A stretch of DNA of 62,649 nt, counting the filler, from an uncultured bacterium (GTDB lineage: Bacteria > B130-G9), in the NCBI GenBank assembly GCA_965372715.1. It is 3 parts of 3 records of this genome, joined end to end, with 100 filler letters (N's around TTAATTAATTAA, not from the genome) between each part and the next. Parts side by side here need not be neighbours in the genome. Positions count along the whole stretch, not along the records: positions 21,992 to 43,372 come from CBDVDH010000061.1; positions 43,473 to 62,649 come from CBDVDH010000063.1; 1 more part is not named here. One strand, written 5' to 3'. Below, piece by piece: positions 36,886 to 47,256 of this stretch (positions are counted from its first letter, which is position 1; each line of letters opens with the position of its first letter). The notes below the pieces were generated by a model, which saw nothing but the letters and a program-made list of their open reading frames with translations, did not search any database and had not been told where the DNA came from. The position numbers were made by a program, and so were the translations under genes.

Positions 36886-38844
36886 TCATTTGGTATCCGT
36901 GAACTTGAAACTTCTAGCCGCCTTATTGAAGAGCTTCTCTTGCCATTTCTTTTTGCCACTGGCCTTGATCGTTATCAAGGTATCGCGATCGTGAATCAGT
37001 AGCTTGAGCGTCCTATCGACGCCGCTCGTCTCGACGAATCGCACGGCCGGTCGGCCGTTGATTCTGAGGTAATGGACCTTGGCCAGGTCTTTGCCGGACG
37101 CCGCCAGACCCCGTGTGAAATCGTGTAAGTCCAAACTAAAACCAACAGGCTGCGCCTCAATTGTCAGCTCCGCATCCGTATAGGCCGGCCCCTGCACAGT
37201 CAAAACAGTCTTCGAGCCCAGGGCAGAACCAGGGACCTCAAACAACGCTCTCTTAGGCTTTTGCACCGAAAATGAGTACAGCAGGTTCTCATACCGATTG
37301 CCCATCACGAACGAGAGCTTGCCCGGTTCCTTCACGTCGAGCGTTCTGCCGTCGAATCCGAGGCTGAGGACCTCCACCTTGATGTTGCCCATCGTTGGCA
37401 GAAGCGCGGCGAGGTCCAGCATCGGCATGGGCGAGTTGAGGCTCGTGTCCGCGAGCTTGATGTGGACAGCGTCCCAGTCGTTACCGCCGCGGTTGAGCGA
37501 GGCGTCCAGCGGTATCCACTCCGAGACGAACGCCTCGTTCCACAGGTGATAGTAGAAGTTGCCGTCAGAATAGAGTAAGCCCATATTACACCGTGAGGGG
37601 ATGCCTACCGCGCGCAGAAGCGCGGCCAGAAGGACAGAATGCTCCGTGCAATCGCCCTGAAGCCGGTCGGCGACCTCCCTGGCAGTCGCAAATCCAACTG
37701 AGTAGTCCTTGAAAGATATATTCTCCGAGACCCACTTGCAGAGCCGCATCGCCGCGTTGTATGAGTTCCGCTCGCCCCCAATCGCCTCATTCGCCAGCTT
37801 GATGATTATCGGATCGTCGCTCTGAATGTAGGTTGAGGGCGCCAGATACTCGGCGAGCTCCGCGTCCTTGATTGGCAATGCTCGGCTGCCAGTGGGCTTG
37901 TATGGTTTCTGGACAACCTCGACAAGAACGTCATCATCCGCAGGCTTGACGGTCTGGATTGTGTCAGAAGGTATCTCTAGCTCTGATGCGGCCCAGGACG
38001 AGACAATGCGATATGTTGCTGCTTTCGTTATATAGGGATGCGGGATGACAATGTCGCAGGGCGCGGAGAGCCTCTTGAGAAGGTCAACCTTGGGGCCTGC
38101 GGATGCCTTCAGCGCATCTTCCCGCGTCGTTCTCAGAGTAACAATCGACAGCTGCCTGACTTCTGTTTTGATGACGTTCCCGTCGTCGTCGCACCACTCG
38201 TGCATCGTCAGCCCGGGCAGGATGTTCTGCTTCGCCTGAAGCTTGTGGAGTCTCATCTGGTTCCCGAACACATCGATCGTCTCGCCGCCTAGCACCTCGA
38301 CGTCGATCCTAAGAGCCTTCATGGTCTGGGCGTCAAAGGTGTGAATCGTATATTCTGTCCCAGGCTCGAACCCCTTCTCCTTCATCAGCCTCGTCGCCGC
38401 GTAGGGCCCAATAGTCTCGCTGGGCAGTTCAATCTCAAACGTCCTTGTTCTGCCCAGAGCGGTCTGTTCAATTGCGAGCTTGCCGCTTTCTAAGCGACCC
38501 CTCATCTCGACTGGCTCGCCAGACATCGCCATCTTCAGCCAAAAGCCGAGTATCTGCCCCTGATCGTTCTCCGTAACCTCATTTTCGATCGCCACACGGG
38601 CGGCAGCGCTGCCTCTTATCAACTCCATCTCGGTCTCGATTCTCGTTACGTAGCGCTTCTTGCCGCCATCTTCCCCTAAAACGATCTCTGTGTGCGCAAA
38701 TCCAACTCTGGAGCCCGCGATAAGGACAACATCCCAGCTGTCGTGGATGACGATTTCCTTCGCGAAAACCGAAGCTGCCACGAGCGATAGGAGTATGGCT
38801 GAACAGAGCAAAAAAGTAGCTGAATCTCGCCTGATTGTCAGCAC
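36886..38844 (-). CDS. Secreted transglutaminase-like (cysteine protease fold) protein
   Basis: Signal peptide; GDCTEH, LRAVGIPSR, YHLWNE and WIPLD (C-H-D triad). Confidence 0.9.
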   Translation of the reverse strand: MLTIRRDSATFLLCSAILLSLVAASVFAKEIVIHDSWDVVLIAGSRVGFAHTEIVLGEDGGKKRYVTRIETEMELIRGSAAARVAIENEVTENDQGQILGFWLKMAMSGEPVEMRGRLESGKLAIEQTALGRTRTFEIELPSETIGPYAATRLMKEKGFEPGTEYTIHTFDAQTMKALRIDVEVLGGETIDVFGNQMRLHKLQAKQNILPGLTMHEWCDDDGNVIKTEVRQLSIVTLRTTREDALKASAGPKVDLLKRLSAPCDIVIPHPYITKAATYRIVSSWAASELEIPSDTIQTVKPADDDVLVEVVQKPYKPTGSRALPIKDAELAEYLAPSTYIQSDDPIIIKLANEAIGGERNSYNAAMRLCKWVSENISFKDYSVGFATAREVADRLQGDCTEHSVLLAALLRAVGIPSRCNMGLLYSDGNFYYHLWNEAFVSEWIPLDASLNRGGNDWDAVHIKLADTSLNSPMPMLDLAALLPTMGNIKVEVLSLGFDGRTLDVKEPGKLSFVMGNRYENLLYSFSVQKPKRALFEVPGSALGSKTVLTVQGPAYTDAELTIEAQPVGFSLDLHDFTRGLAASGKDLAKVHYLRINGRPAVRFVETSGVDRTLKLLIHDRDTLITIKASGKKKWQEKLFNKAARSFKFTDTK

Positions 38845-39143
38845 GCACGGTCCTCCTTGCGATGAACTTATTTCTTGAAATCCTTGGGGGCAATAGGTGG
38901 GCTGATAATACGTCAGCTTGGAATCTTATCAACCGGTTTTGCCAAACCTTAAGAATCGGTCTGAAGGCCCCCGTTTAATGGCGAACATGCCCATTCCCTT
39001 TACTCCTTTTTCCCGTTCCTGTCGGCCGTAGCCTTGGCGAAGGAGGATTTCCTTTTCGCCCGTTGCCCCGATGGGGAAACTACTCCGACGAACGCACTTG
39101 ACACGTTTGCAGGCAGGAACCTAATATACTGCTGAGTGATCGA

Positions 39144-39218
39144 GCGGGAATAGCTCAGAGGTAGAGCATCGCCTTGCCAAGGCGAGGGTCGCGGGTTCAA
39201 ATCCCGTTTCCCGCTCCA
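39144..39218 (+). tRNA. tRNA-Gly(GCC)
   Basis: GCGGGAA acceptor stem, GCC anticodon, TTCAAAT T-loop, encoded CCA. Confidence 0.97.
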
Positions 39219-39249
39219 AGGTAATTGCCTACCAGCTGGGAGGCAGATT

Positions 39250-39323
39250 CGGGGCGTGGCGCAGTCTGGTAGCGCACCGGAATGGGGTTCCGGTGGTCGT
39301 AGGTTCAAATCCTATCGCCCCGA
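39250..39323 (+). tRNA. tRNA-Pro(GGG)
   Basis: CGGGGCG/CGCCCCG acceptor stem, CCGGA-ATGGGGT-TCCGG anticodon arm; CCA not encoded. Confidence 0.95.
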
Positions 39324-39408
39324 CAGTTTGCAGGGAGTACCGTTCAGAATAGCTTGCAGCCGTGAATTCCCTTTGACTTGTTGGATGCTCCTGAAAGAGA
39401 GGTATGAC

Positions 39409-40350
39409 ATGAATCGTTACGCGGTCTTGGTGTTTTCCGTTCTCGCCTTTGCGCTGGGTCTTGGGACTTGCGGTTTCAGCGCGGAGACCGGCTTCGGCGG
39501 GACGCTGCACTTTAGAAACGGGGACTTTGTGTTCTTCGATCACCTCGGCACGACGAGCGAGGTCACGACGTATCACCTGTCCGGCCTTTTGGGGCCGCAG
39601 AAGGTCTCATACAGCTTCGCGGAACTTGGGCTGATACTATTCTCGGACAAGGAGCCTTCAACGGTGATAATCGTGAACAAGCAGGGCGAGCGGTTCACGT
39701 TGACCGATTGTGAGATGAAGGACGGTTTCCTATACGTTTATAACGACCCAGTTACGCATAAGCTCGACTGGACGAGGGCCGAACGCAAGGACATCAGCCA
39801 CATCGTCATCGGGAAGCGGTCTGGGAAGATCAAGATGAACCCCGCGACTCGCGAGTGCTTTCCCGCGATGTTCGTCTTCGACCCGTTCACGGGTGAGAGG
39901 CTGGTCTGGGCGGAGCAGGGGCGGCCTGTGCCCGGCAGACCGATGCCGGGGCCTGCGACTTATGCCCCGGGCGCCTCGCCAAACGCGGTTCAGCCAACGG
40001 TGCCTGGCACGAGCCCAGTGGCGACACAAGCTTTGAGTCCCGTATTGAATGCACCAGCGGTTACATCACCGGTTCCCGCCGGCGCCACGAGCAACTTACG
40101 CCTAACGGTGGTAACGCCGAGCGCTGCGGTGTTCTTTCTCGGTGAGGTCGAGTTGAACGTCAGTATTCGAGGGCCGGAACGGTTCAAGAGAACGGTTAAG
40201 GACGCTGATGTCGAGACTGAATATACCCTCGACTTCGAGGGCATTCCAAGCGGCGACTATAGAGTTGTCGCCAAATACGGGACCAGAACAGTGGTGAGCA
40301 TAGTTCGTGTTGTCGGCGACAACGTCGAGTTTGAGCTCGTATTCGACTAG
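39409..40350 (+). CDS. Secreted hypothetical protein (beta-rich domain, Pro/Thr linker, C-terminal beta-sandwich)
   Basis: GAGAGG RBS; signal peptide MNRYAVLV..; the longer ORF-track version overlaps tRNA-Pro. Confidence 0.7.
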   Translation: MNRYAVLVFSVLAFALGLGTCGFSAETGFGGTLHFRNGDFVFFDHLGTTSEVTTYHLSGLLGPQKVSYSFAELGLILFSDKEPSTVIIVNKQGERFTLTDCEMKDGFLYVYNDPVTHKLDWTRAERKDISHIVIGKRSGKIKMNPATRECFPAMFVFDPFTGERLVWAEQGRPVPGRPMPGPATYAPGASPNAVQPTVPGTSPVATQALSPVLNAPAVTSPVPAGATSNLRLTVVTPSAAVFFLGEVELNVSIRGPERFKRTVKDADVETEYTLDFEGIPSGDYRVVAKYGTRTVVSIVRVVGDNVEFELVFD

Positions 40351-40367
40351 ACGGAAAACCGTCGTTT

Positions 40368-40592
40368 GTGGTCGCGCTTCTGGCCAATTCAAGGGCCGAT
40401 CTTTTGATGCTCGACGAGCCGACTAATCACCTCGACCTGCCGGGCATTGAGACCCTCCAGAAGGCTCTCGCTGACTTCTCAGGCGCAATCATCCTCATCT
40501 CACACGACAGGCGCCTCGTCCGGGAAGTAGCGACCGAGGCGTATCAGTTCTGCGATACACGTTTGGAGCGCCTTGATGCGCCGCTCGGCTGA
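40368..40592 (+). pseudogene. C-terminal remnant of an ABC-F ATPase gene
   Basis: LLMLDEPTNHLD and IILISHDR present; Walker A and signature motif absent. Confidence 0.8.
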
Positions 40593-40787
40593 TAGCGTCG
40601 AGTTCAACTAATGGCGGACATGGGGTGCAAAAGGCCATCCACGAAGATGTCTCTCTTCTATTCGTGGTAATTCGCGTCAATTCGTGGCCAAGTAGAAAAT
40701 GAAACCACGAACGAACACGAATGAACACAGATCGGCTCAACTGATCAGCCAGTCTTGGCCTTCGTGTCGCTTCGTGTCCTTCGTGGA

Positions 40788-41063
40788 TCAGTGCTTCACA
40801 TCAGCCGTCTCTTCGCCGAGGGCCATGAATTGCCACAGCGCCTCGGTCGCAACGTCAATCAGCTCCGGATCGCTGCTGTGCTTGATAACCTGCTCCAGCT
40901 GATCTCGACAGACCTCCTTGAGGCGCACGATCTCCCTGGCCAGCGGCTCTACAAGCTTCTGGGCGATCGGATCGCCCATCTCAGCGTGCCTTTCAATTGT
41001 CGCCAAGCCTTGTTCCATCTTCGCGAGATTGAGCTCGAGCTGTGCCAGGATTCTGTTCTTCAT
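40788..41063 (-). CDS. Small helical hypothetical protein
   Basis: 91-aa ORF with amphipathic helical character. Confidence 0.5.
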   Translation of the reverse strand: MKNRILAQLELNLAKMEQGLATIERHAEMGDPIAQKLVEPLAREIVRLKEVCRDQLEQVIKHSSDPELIDVATEALWQFMALGEETADVKH

Positions 41064-41348
41064 CGGAAATACTCTTTGAACCTCGATAAATGTTAAAACT
41101 CTGGAACCTAAATGCTCTTCTCACAGTATATGCTGCGCATCCTCCCGATATTGAGCCGATAGGGGCCACGCTCGCATCTCTTCATTTCATATCATTACTA
41201 AATCTGGCCGTCTAGTCAAGCGGGGGGATGGGCTTCCCACTCTCAAGAAACGCAACTACGTGACCGATTGGGCAATCACCTTCGCCCTGACTGCACCGGA
41301 TAGACGTTACGCCTGATATAAGAGGTTGACGGAGCTCAGAAGAATCCG

Positions 41349-43372
41349 TCAATCAATGTTGAAAGCGTCCACGCCGATGTCGCACCACATGGTTAGCGTT
41401 CCGCTCTCTGTGATCCCCGCCATCAGGATGTAGTCGCCATACGTGTTGAACGGCGGCGATTCGCCGGTTATAGGTATCTGCCAGAGGCCATCAAGCGTCA
41501 ATTCGAGGCCTGCGGGCAGGTTGAAGGCCGGCTTGAACGCCTCGAGGCCCGAAGTCCAGACCCAGGTCGCGCCGTCGGGCGACCAGAACGCGCCGTCGGG
41601 GTCTAGCACAACAAGATACACGTCTCCCAAAACATCATAGTCGGGCGCAGACACGGACACAGCGATGCCAAGCGTGTCGCCGAGGCCATAGGAATCAGCA
41701 TCGGCTGTCAACGCAATGAATGGGCTGCCGTGAACCGAGAAGCCCCACTCGGCGATGTCGGAGATGAAGTCGAATGTGCCCGGATCGGCCGCGACGATGA
41801 GCAGAGTATAGTCCCCGCTCATGGCGAGGTTTGGCACGTCATTAGGCACAGGGAGCGACCAGACCGGCAAGCTGGTATCAAGCCCATTCGGCAGCTCGAA
41901 GCTTGTCAGCCACCGCTGGATGCCCTCCGTCCACGCATCAAAACCTACCGGCGACCAAAAGCGATGCCCCGCTCCGCCAAAGTCAAAAACCAGCAGAACA
42001 TATATGTCCGCCTCAACCGTCGATCCGTCGTTGACAGCGCCGACTGTCACGTCAATCGAGTCGCCGAACTCATAGTCCGTTTTGTCGGAGGAAATACTCA
42101 TGCTAAGCTCCCCGGCAGCGGCGCCTCTGGCAATGAGGTCCACCTCAACCGTTGGATTATTTGGATCGTTCGATGTAATCGTCATCACGCCTGTTATCTC
42201 AGTCGCACTAAGAGGCGTCAGCGTTACCTGAAGAACTACGCTGCCGTCAGGAGGTATCGACGCCCAGGCATCAGCACTATGACTACGTGACATAGCGGTA
42301 AGACTGCTGATGCCGACTTCGACATCGGCGTTCGGGCAATCGACGTTCGGCGCGTCGGACAGCTCTAGAATTTCATCGCCGCGGTTTGACACCTCCACTG
42401 TCAGTGTCTCACTCTGCCCGACCAGAACATCTCCGAAATCGAGTGATGATGGACTGACTCCAATGCTCGGCTGCCCAACGGGGGAGTACACTGTCGTAGA
42501 GTCAGGGCTCGATGGTGGCGCCTCCACATTGCCGGCGTTATCCACCGCCACAGTGAAGAATCCATAAGTACCCGCGCCGTCCGGCGCATTGAAGTCGATA
42601 GTCCCGCTTTGAGCTGTTGCGGGATCTCCGTACGCCAACCACTCGCCTCCTTCACGTTGATAGTAAAGCTGGGTATGCGAGAGCCCCGATCCCGAGTCAC
42701 CTGAAGAGTAATCGACAGTGATGGGCAGGTCGCTCACGTTCGACGGCGAGTCTGCCGAGGACCACGGCGGCGTCGTATCAACCATAGTGGAGGTATCACC
42801 ATCGCCGGATGGGCCTGCCTCGGTGTTGCCGGCATTGTCCCCAGCTACGGTCGCAAAGTAATAAACGCCATCGCCCTGAGTTACGCTGTATGTGAACTGG
42901 CCGGTCGCGTCACTTGATGAAACCCCGGTGTTCGTCCAGGTTCCGGCCTGCTCATACTTGCCCCACAGTGTTACAGAACCTATACCGGACAGGGCGTCTG
43001 AGGCCTCGTAGGTCACGACTATCTCAGCCGAGTTGGTGAGGGCTGGCGAGGCGCAGAACGACGCAGGCAGAGCCGTGTCATACTCAGTGGCATCGTCGGC
43101 GGTTCCCGGCGCCGCCTCGACGTTGCCGGCGTTGTCCGTCGCGATCGTGTAGAATGCGTATGTTCCATCCCCGTCATCAGGCACGAAGTCCAGAGTCCCG
43201 GCCGTCGCGTCGTCCGCCGACAGGCCGCTGTCGGTCCAGCCTTGCTCCTCGTAGTTGTACCAGAGCGCGACCTCAGCGACCCCTGATGAGGGGCTATCGC
43301 TGGCCGTGAAATCAATCACAATTGGTGTGGCGTTCGCGAATTGCGGGCTCGTGCATGATGACTGAGGCGCGG
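41349..43372 (-). CDS. Large surface protein, 5' truncated by the contig end: Ig-like repeats, ASH/choice-of-anchor-D-like domain and two C-terminal ~120-aa domains
   Basis: Three repeats with SG..V.L.Y/G..GDG.Y.F.T.A.DNAGN.E; SLDFGDV..SNDP; frame stays open to the spacer. Confidence 0.85.
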
Positions 43373-43472
43373 NNNNNNNNNNNNNNNNNNNNNNNNNNNN
43401 NNNNNNNNNNNNNNNNTTAATTAATTAANNNNNNNNNNNNNNNNNNNNNNNNNNNNNNNNNNNNNNNNNNNN
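43373..43472. other. Artificial contig-joining spacer
   Basis: 100-nt N run containing TTAATTAATTAA. Confidence 0.97.
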
Positions 43473-43524
43473 TGGAAAGCCCGCCCCACACCTCATGGCA
43501 TCGCGAGTTTATGAATAATACGGA

Positions 43525-44319
43525 CTACACAGCCTCGCGCCTGGCCAGGACGATGTCGCTGCCTGAGGCGCTGGGCTTCTTCCAAGCATCCTTCTCCAGG
43601 TCTCGGCTGGAGTAATCGCCGATGTATTCTAGGCCCGCGGCGGCAAGCATATCCTTGAGCTCATCTACCGTGTAGCAGCGGATCGTCTCGTCGGCGTGGT
43701 AGCCGGGTTCGGCCTTCGGGACGATCATCGTGCCGTCCTTGCGGATGATGAACGTTCTCGCTCGATACGACTTCGTCTCTTCGTCGAACCAGCTCTCGTA
43801 GAGGTCCCAGCCGTCGTCGGCTTCGGCCCATCTTCTGACGCGTTCAGGCCGATACTTGGGCGATATATACATAATGAAAACGTGCCCGCCGGGGACGAGC
43901 GCACGGCGAATCGACCTGAGAAGCTCTTGGTCCTCCTTGTCCCCAAAGAAGCCGAAACTGCCGCTCAGAATAGTGCACAGCTCGAACTCCTCGTCGTAAT
44001 CGATCTCTTGCATGTCACCGACAGCGAACTCACCCGAAAGCCGCGCCTCGTCAAACTTTCTCCTGGCGAAATCAATGAGAGACGGCGCGATGTCGATGCC
44101 TGTGACCTGATAGCCCTTCGCGGCGAGGAGCTTAGCCTGGTCCCCACCGCCGCAGCCCAGGTCGAGTATCCTGGCCGGCGGCTTCAGCTCGCAGGCCCGC
44201 TCAATGAAATCGACGAGCCGCCTGTCCCAGTTGAATATCTCCGGGATTCGATGGCGGTGTTCGACGCGAAAGAAGTAAGCCCAAAACTCATTCCAGGACT
44301 TCTCGATGACTTTCAGCAT
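43525..44319 (-). CDS. Class I SAM-dependent methyltransferase
   Basis: ILDLGCGGG, VTGIDI, GDM, SFGFF, LVPGG. Confidence 0.92.
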   Translation of the reverse strand: MLKVIEKSWNEFWAYFFRVEHRHRIPEIFNWDRRLVDFIERACELKPPARILDLGCGGGDQAKLLAAKGYQVTGIDIAPSLIDFARRKFDEARLSGEFAVGDMQEIDYDEEFELCTILSGSFGFFGDKEDQELLRSIRRALVPGGHVFIMYISPKYRPERVRRWAEADDGWDLYESWFDEETKSYRARTFIIRKDGTMIVPKAEPGYHADETIRCYTVDELKDMLAAAGLEYIGDYSSRDLEKDAWKKPSASGSDIVLARREAV

Positions 44320-44434
44320 TAGTGGCTCCTTGAGATGTGAGGATTTACGTTGGGCATTCTGACAGCGTTCGGCGCGAAGTCAAACGGCGGACTGTTTCAA
44401 TACCGGCTAAGAAAGGAGACCTTTTACACGATGA

Positions 44435-44462
44435 TTGACAGGATTCACTTTGATGTTAGTAT
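44435..44462 (+). promoter_or_regulatory. sigma70-like promoter of mgtE
   Basis: TTGACA-N16-TAGTAT with an extended TG. Confidence 0.5.
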
Positions 44463-44529
44463 GCCAGAACCAACGACAGATTAACTGGAGATGTGGCGCC
44501 AGACAAATGGATCGAAGAACGAGTTTGGT

Positions 44530-45873
44530 ATGAGAAACCTTCTGCTGCCTGAGATTCAGGCGCTGCTCGACGACAACAGGCTCGATGTCCTGAAGGAGTT
44601 CTGCGAGGAGTCGCATCCGGCGGATGTCGCGGACGCGCTTGAGGGGCTTGCCCCTGAGCAGCTCTCAAAGGTCCTTTCCCTCGTTTCTCCCGAGACTGCC
44701 GCGGAGATATTCGGGCATATCGAAGACCATGAGCAGGTCAAGTTCGCAGATGCGGTTGATCCCAAGACCGTCGCCAGCCTCGTCGAGGAAATGGGCCCTG
44801 ACGACAGCGCTGAGCTTCTGCGCGAGCTCGACGAGAAGGACGCCGCCGAAATCCTGCGACACGTGCCTCACGAAGAGCGCGAAGACGTCAAGCTGATCAC
44901 GTCGTACCCAGAGGACACGGCCGGCGCGATCATGACGACAGAATTCGCGTCGCTGCACGAAAACCTGACCGTCGCCGAGGCGTTGAGTTCTCTGAGGCGG
45001 GAAGCGCCGGACAAGGAGACGATATACACGATCTACGTTGTGGATTCGGCGGGAAGGCTGACGGGTGTGGTCTCACTCAAGGACCTGATACTCGCGGCCC
45101 CCGAGAGGAAGGTGGCGCTCATCGTCGAGCGAGACGTGATCTCGATGAAGACCGGCGCGGATCAGGCCCAGGTCGCCAAGAAAATGAAGGACTACAACTT
45201 CCTGGCAATGCCGATAGTTGACGAGACAAACAGGCTTCTGGGCATCGTCACGTTCGACGACGTCATGGACGTCATGGACGAAGAGGCGACGGAGGATATG
45301 TATCACCTTGCGAGCCTCAACACCGATGAGAAGGCATTCACAAACCCGTTGAGGTCGGTTCGGCTTCGCGTGCCCTGGCTCATCATCAACATGGGTATGG
45401 CACTGTTGGCCGCATTCACGATTCGCATATTTGAGTCGACGATTGAGAGATTCGTCGCGCTGGCCGTCATGATGCACATCGTTGTCAACATGGGCGGCAA
45501 CGCAGGGAATCAGTCGTTGACAGTGATTGTCCGGGGCCTCGCGCTGGGTGACGTAAAGCTGAAAGGCCTTTTGCGCTCCATGTTGAAGGAGATGAGCGTC
45601 GGCCTGATGAATGGGACGATTTGCGGGCTCATAATGGGCGCCATAACCGCGATCTGGTATAACAATATCTCGTTTGGATTGATCATGCTCACGGCGATGG
45701 TCATAACCCAGATCGTCGGCACAGCGTTCGGGGCAATGGTCCCGCTGCTTCTGAGGAAGCTTAGGCTCGACCCGGCGCTCGGCTCCAGCATCTTCGTAAC
45801 AACCGCGGCCGACGTCGGCGGCTTCTTCGTCTTCCTGGGACTCGCAACCCTCCTCATACGATACCTAGTCTGA
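44530..45873 (+). CDS. mgtE: Magnesium transporter MgtE
   Basis: HPADVA, AGAIMTTE, CBS pair, R.PWL, GGNAGNQ, DPALGS. Confidence 0.96.
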   Translation: MRNLLLPEIQALLDDNRLDVLKEFCEESHPADVADALEGLAPEQLSKVLSLVSPETAAEIFGHIEDHEQVKFADAVDPKTVASLVEEMGPDDSAELLRELDEKDAAEILRHVPHEEREDVKLITSYPEDTAGAIMTTEFASLHENLTVAEALSSLRREAPDKETIYTIYVVDSAGRLTGVVSLKDLILAAPERKVALIVERDVISMKTGADQAQVAKKMKDYNFLAMPIVDETNRLLGIVTFDDVMDVMDEEATEDMYHLASLNTDEKAFTNPLRSVRLRVPWLIINMGMALLAAFTIRIFESTIERFVALAVMMHIVVNMGGNAGNQSLTVIVRGLALGDVKLKGLLRSMLKEMSVGLMNGTICGLIMGAITAIWYNNISFGLIMLTAMVITQIVGTAFGAMVPLLLRKLRLDPALGSSIFVTTAADVGGFFVFLGLATLLIRYLV

Positions 45874-45911
45874 GCCACGAATGAACACGAACAGGCACGA
45901 ATGACAGCGAA

Positions 45912-45948
45912 CTTGGAACCTGAAACCTGAAACCTGAAACTTAGAACT
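45912..45948. repeat. Heptamer tandem repeat (CCTGAAA)n
   Basis: cttggaa cctgaaa cctgaaa cctgaaa cttagaa. Confidence 0.8.
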
Positions 45949-45999
45949 GCGACCCGCATTTGCCGAGGTAGCTGGGCGAGCCGAGGTTCTAAGGCCACG

Positions 46000-47196
46000 T
46001 CAATAGAGTAGATACTGCTTCCTAAGCTCGCGGAACTCATCCAGCTGGGCACGCCAGCCAGCCTCGATCTTTTGAGGCGAGACTCCGGCCTGGATACCGA
46101 GCCGTATGGAATCGGTCCCGGTGAGAATATCGAACGGAAGTCGCTCGGTCTCGAACTCGTAGGGCGGCTTGCGCCATGCAAAACGGTCGGGGACCAGCTC
46201 TCTGACTACCGATACTATTGAAAGTCCTGTCAAGTAGGGCTTGAAGGTCTTCCTGTCCAGGACGTGTATCTGAGCGCCGTGACAGAGTGTTTTAGCGTAT
46301 TTATCGAACGTCGGTCTGAAGCTTACGGGTCTGAAACGCGCGCCCGGAAGGGACAAGTCATTCAGCCTTTCGCAGAGAGCGTGAGCATCGATAAACGGCG
46401 CACCGAAGAGTTCGAAAGGCTTGGTTGTTCCTCGGCCCTCTGAGATGTTGGTCCCTTCCAGAAGGCACATTCCGGGATAGACCAGCGCCGTATCGAGTGT
46501 TGGCATGTTGGGAGAAGGCGAAACCCAGAAAAGCCCCGTCTCGTCAAAAAACATGGCTCGACGCCATCCCTGCATCTTGAATATGAGAAGGTCGCAGCCG
46601 ATTTGGAGTTGGTCATTGAAGAGATTCGCAAGTTCGGCGACTGTCATCCCGTGTCGGACGGGGATAGGGTGCATTCCCACAAATGACGCAAAGCGCGGAT
46701 CGAGGACATTGCCCTCAAGCGTTAGGCCATTTATCGGGTTTGGCCTGTCCAGAACTGCCATCGAGACCTTGGCCTCAGCGCACGCATACATACAATGAAG
46801 CATTGTCCAGACGTATGTGTAATACCGAGAACCCACGTCCTGAAGGTCGAATACGAGCGCATCGGTCTTCTCAAGAAGCCTCGGGTCTGGTGAAAGACGC
46901 GAGCCGTAAAGGCTGTGGATCTCGACATCGAATCGGCCGTCACGCCGGTGATCAACCTTCTCCTGAGCCTGCGCATATCCAGAAACGCCGTGCTCCGGCG
47001 CCAGGACAAACTTGAGGGCATGGCGTTTGGCGTCCAAGATCGCATCAATACAGGGCACGAGGGCGCTTGTTACCGAGGCCTGGTTGCACACGAGGCAGAT
47101 GGACTGACCGCGAAGCAGCTCGGGCCGCGCGAGTAGGGAATCAAGCCCGAGCGTCACCGAGCGCTTGCGAAGAGTCCCGTTGGCCGAGGTTGCCAT
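46000..47196 (-). CDS. namZ: DUF1343 / exo-beta-N-acetylmuramidase NamZ family
   Basis: PEHG, SLYG, DLQDVGSRYYTY, DRPNP, PSPNMP, SEGRGT. Confidence 0.92.
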   Translation of the reverse strand: MATSANGTLRKRSVTLGLDSLLARPELLRGQSICLVCNQASVTSALVPCIDAILDAKRHALKFVLAPEHGVSGYAQAQEKVDHRRDGRFDVEIHSLYGSRLSPDPRLLEKTDALVFDLQDVGSRYYTYVWTMLHCMYACAEAKVSMAVLDRPNPINGLTLEGNVLDPRFASFVGMHPIPVRHGMTVAELANLFNDQLQIGCDLLIFKMQGWRRAMFFDETGLFWVSPSPNMPTLDTALVYPGMCLLEGTNISEGRGTTKPFELFGAPFIDAHALCERLNDLSLPGARFRPVSFRPTFDKYAKTLCHGAQIHVLDRKTFKPYLTGLSIVSVVRELVPDRFAWRKPPYEFETERLPFDILTGTDSIRLGIQAGVSPQKIEAGWRAQLDEFRELRKQYLLY

Positions 47197-47256
47197 ACCT
47201 TATTGATCCCGTCCAGAATTCAAGAAATAGCAAAGGCGCTGTCTGGCAGCGGAACC

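Noticed and set aside
39256-39408. ORF extensions overlapping the tRNAs (39256 start, 39000-39308, 39229-39576)
   Set aside because: These are translations of tRNA sequence; the real start with RBS and signal peptide is 39409
44463-44529. Mg-sensing riboswitch upstream of mgtE
   Set aside because: The predicted leader is only about 60 nt, too short for an M-box, and no matching motif was seen
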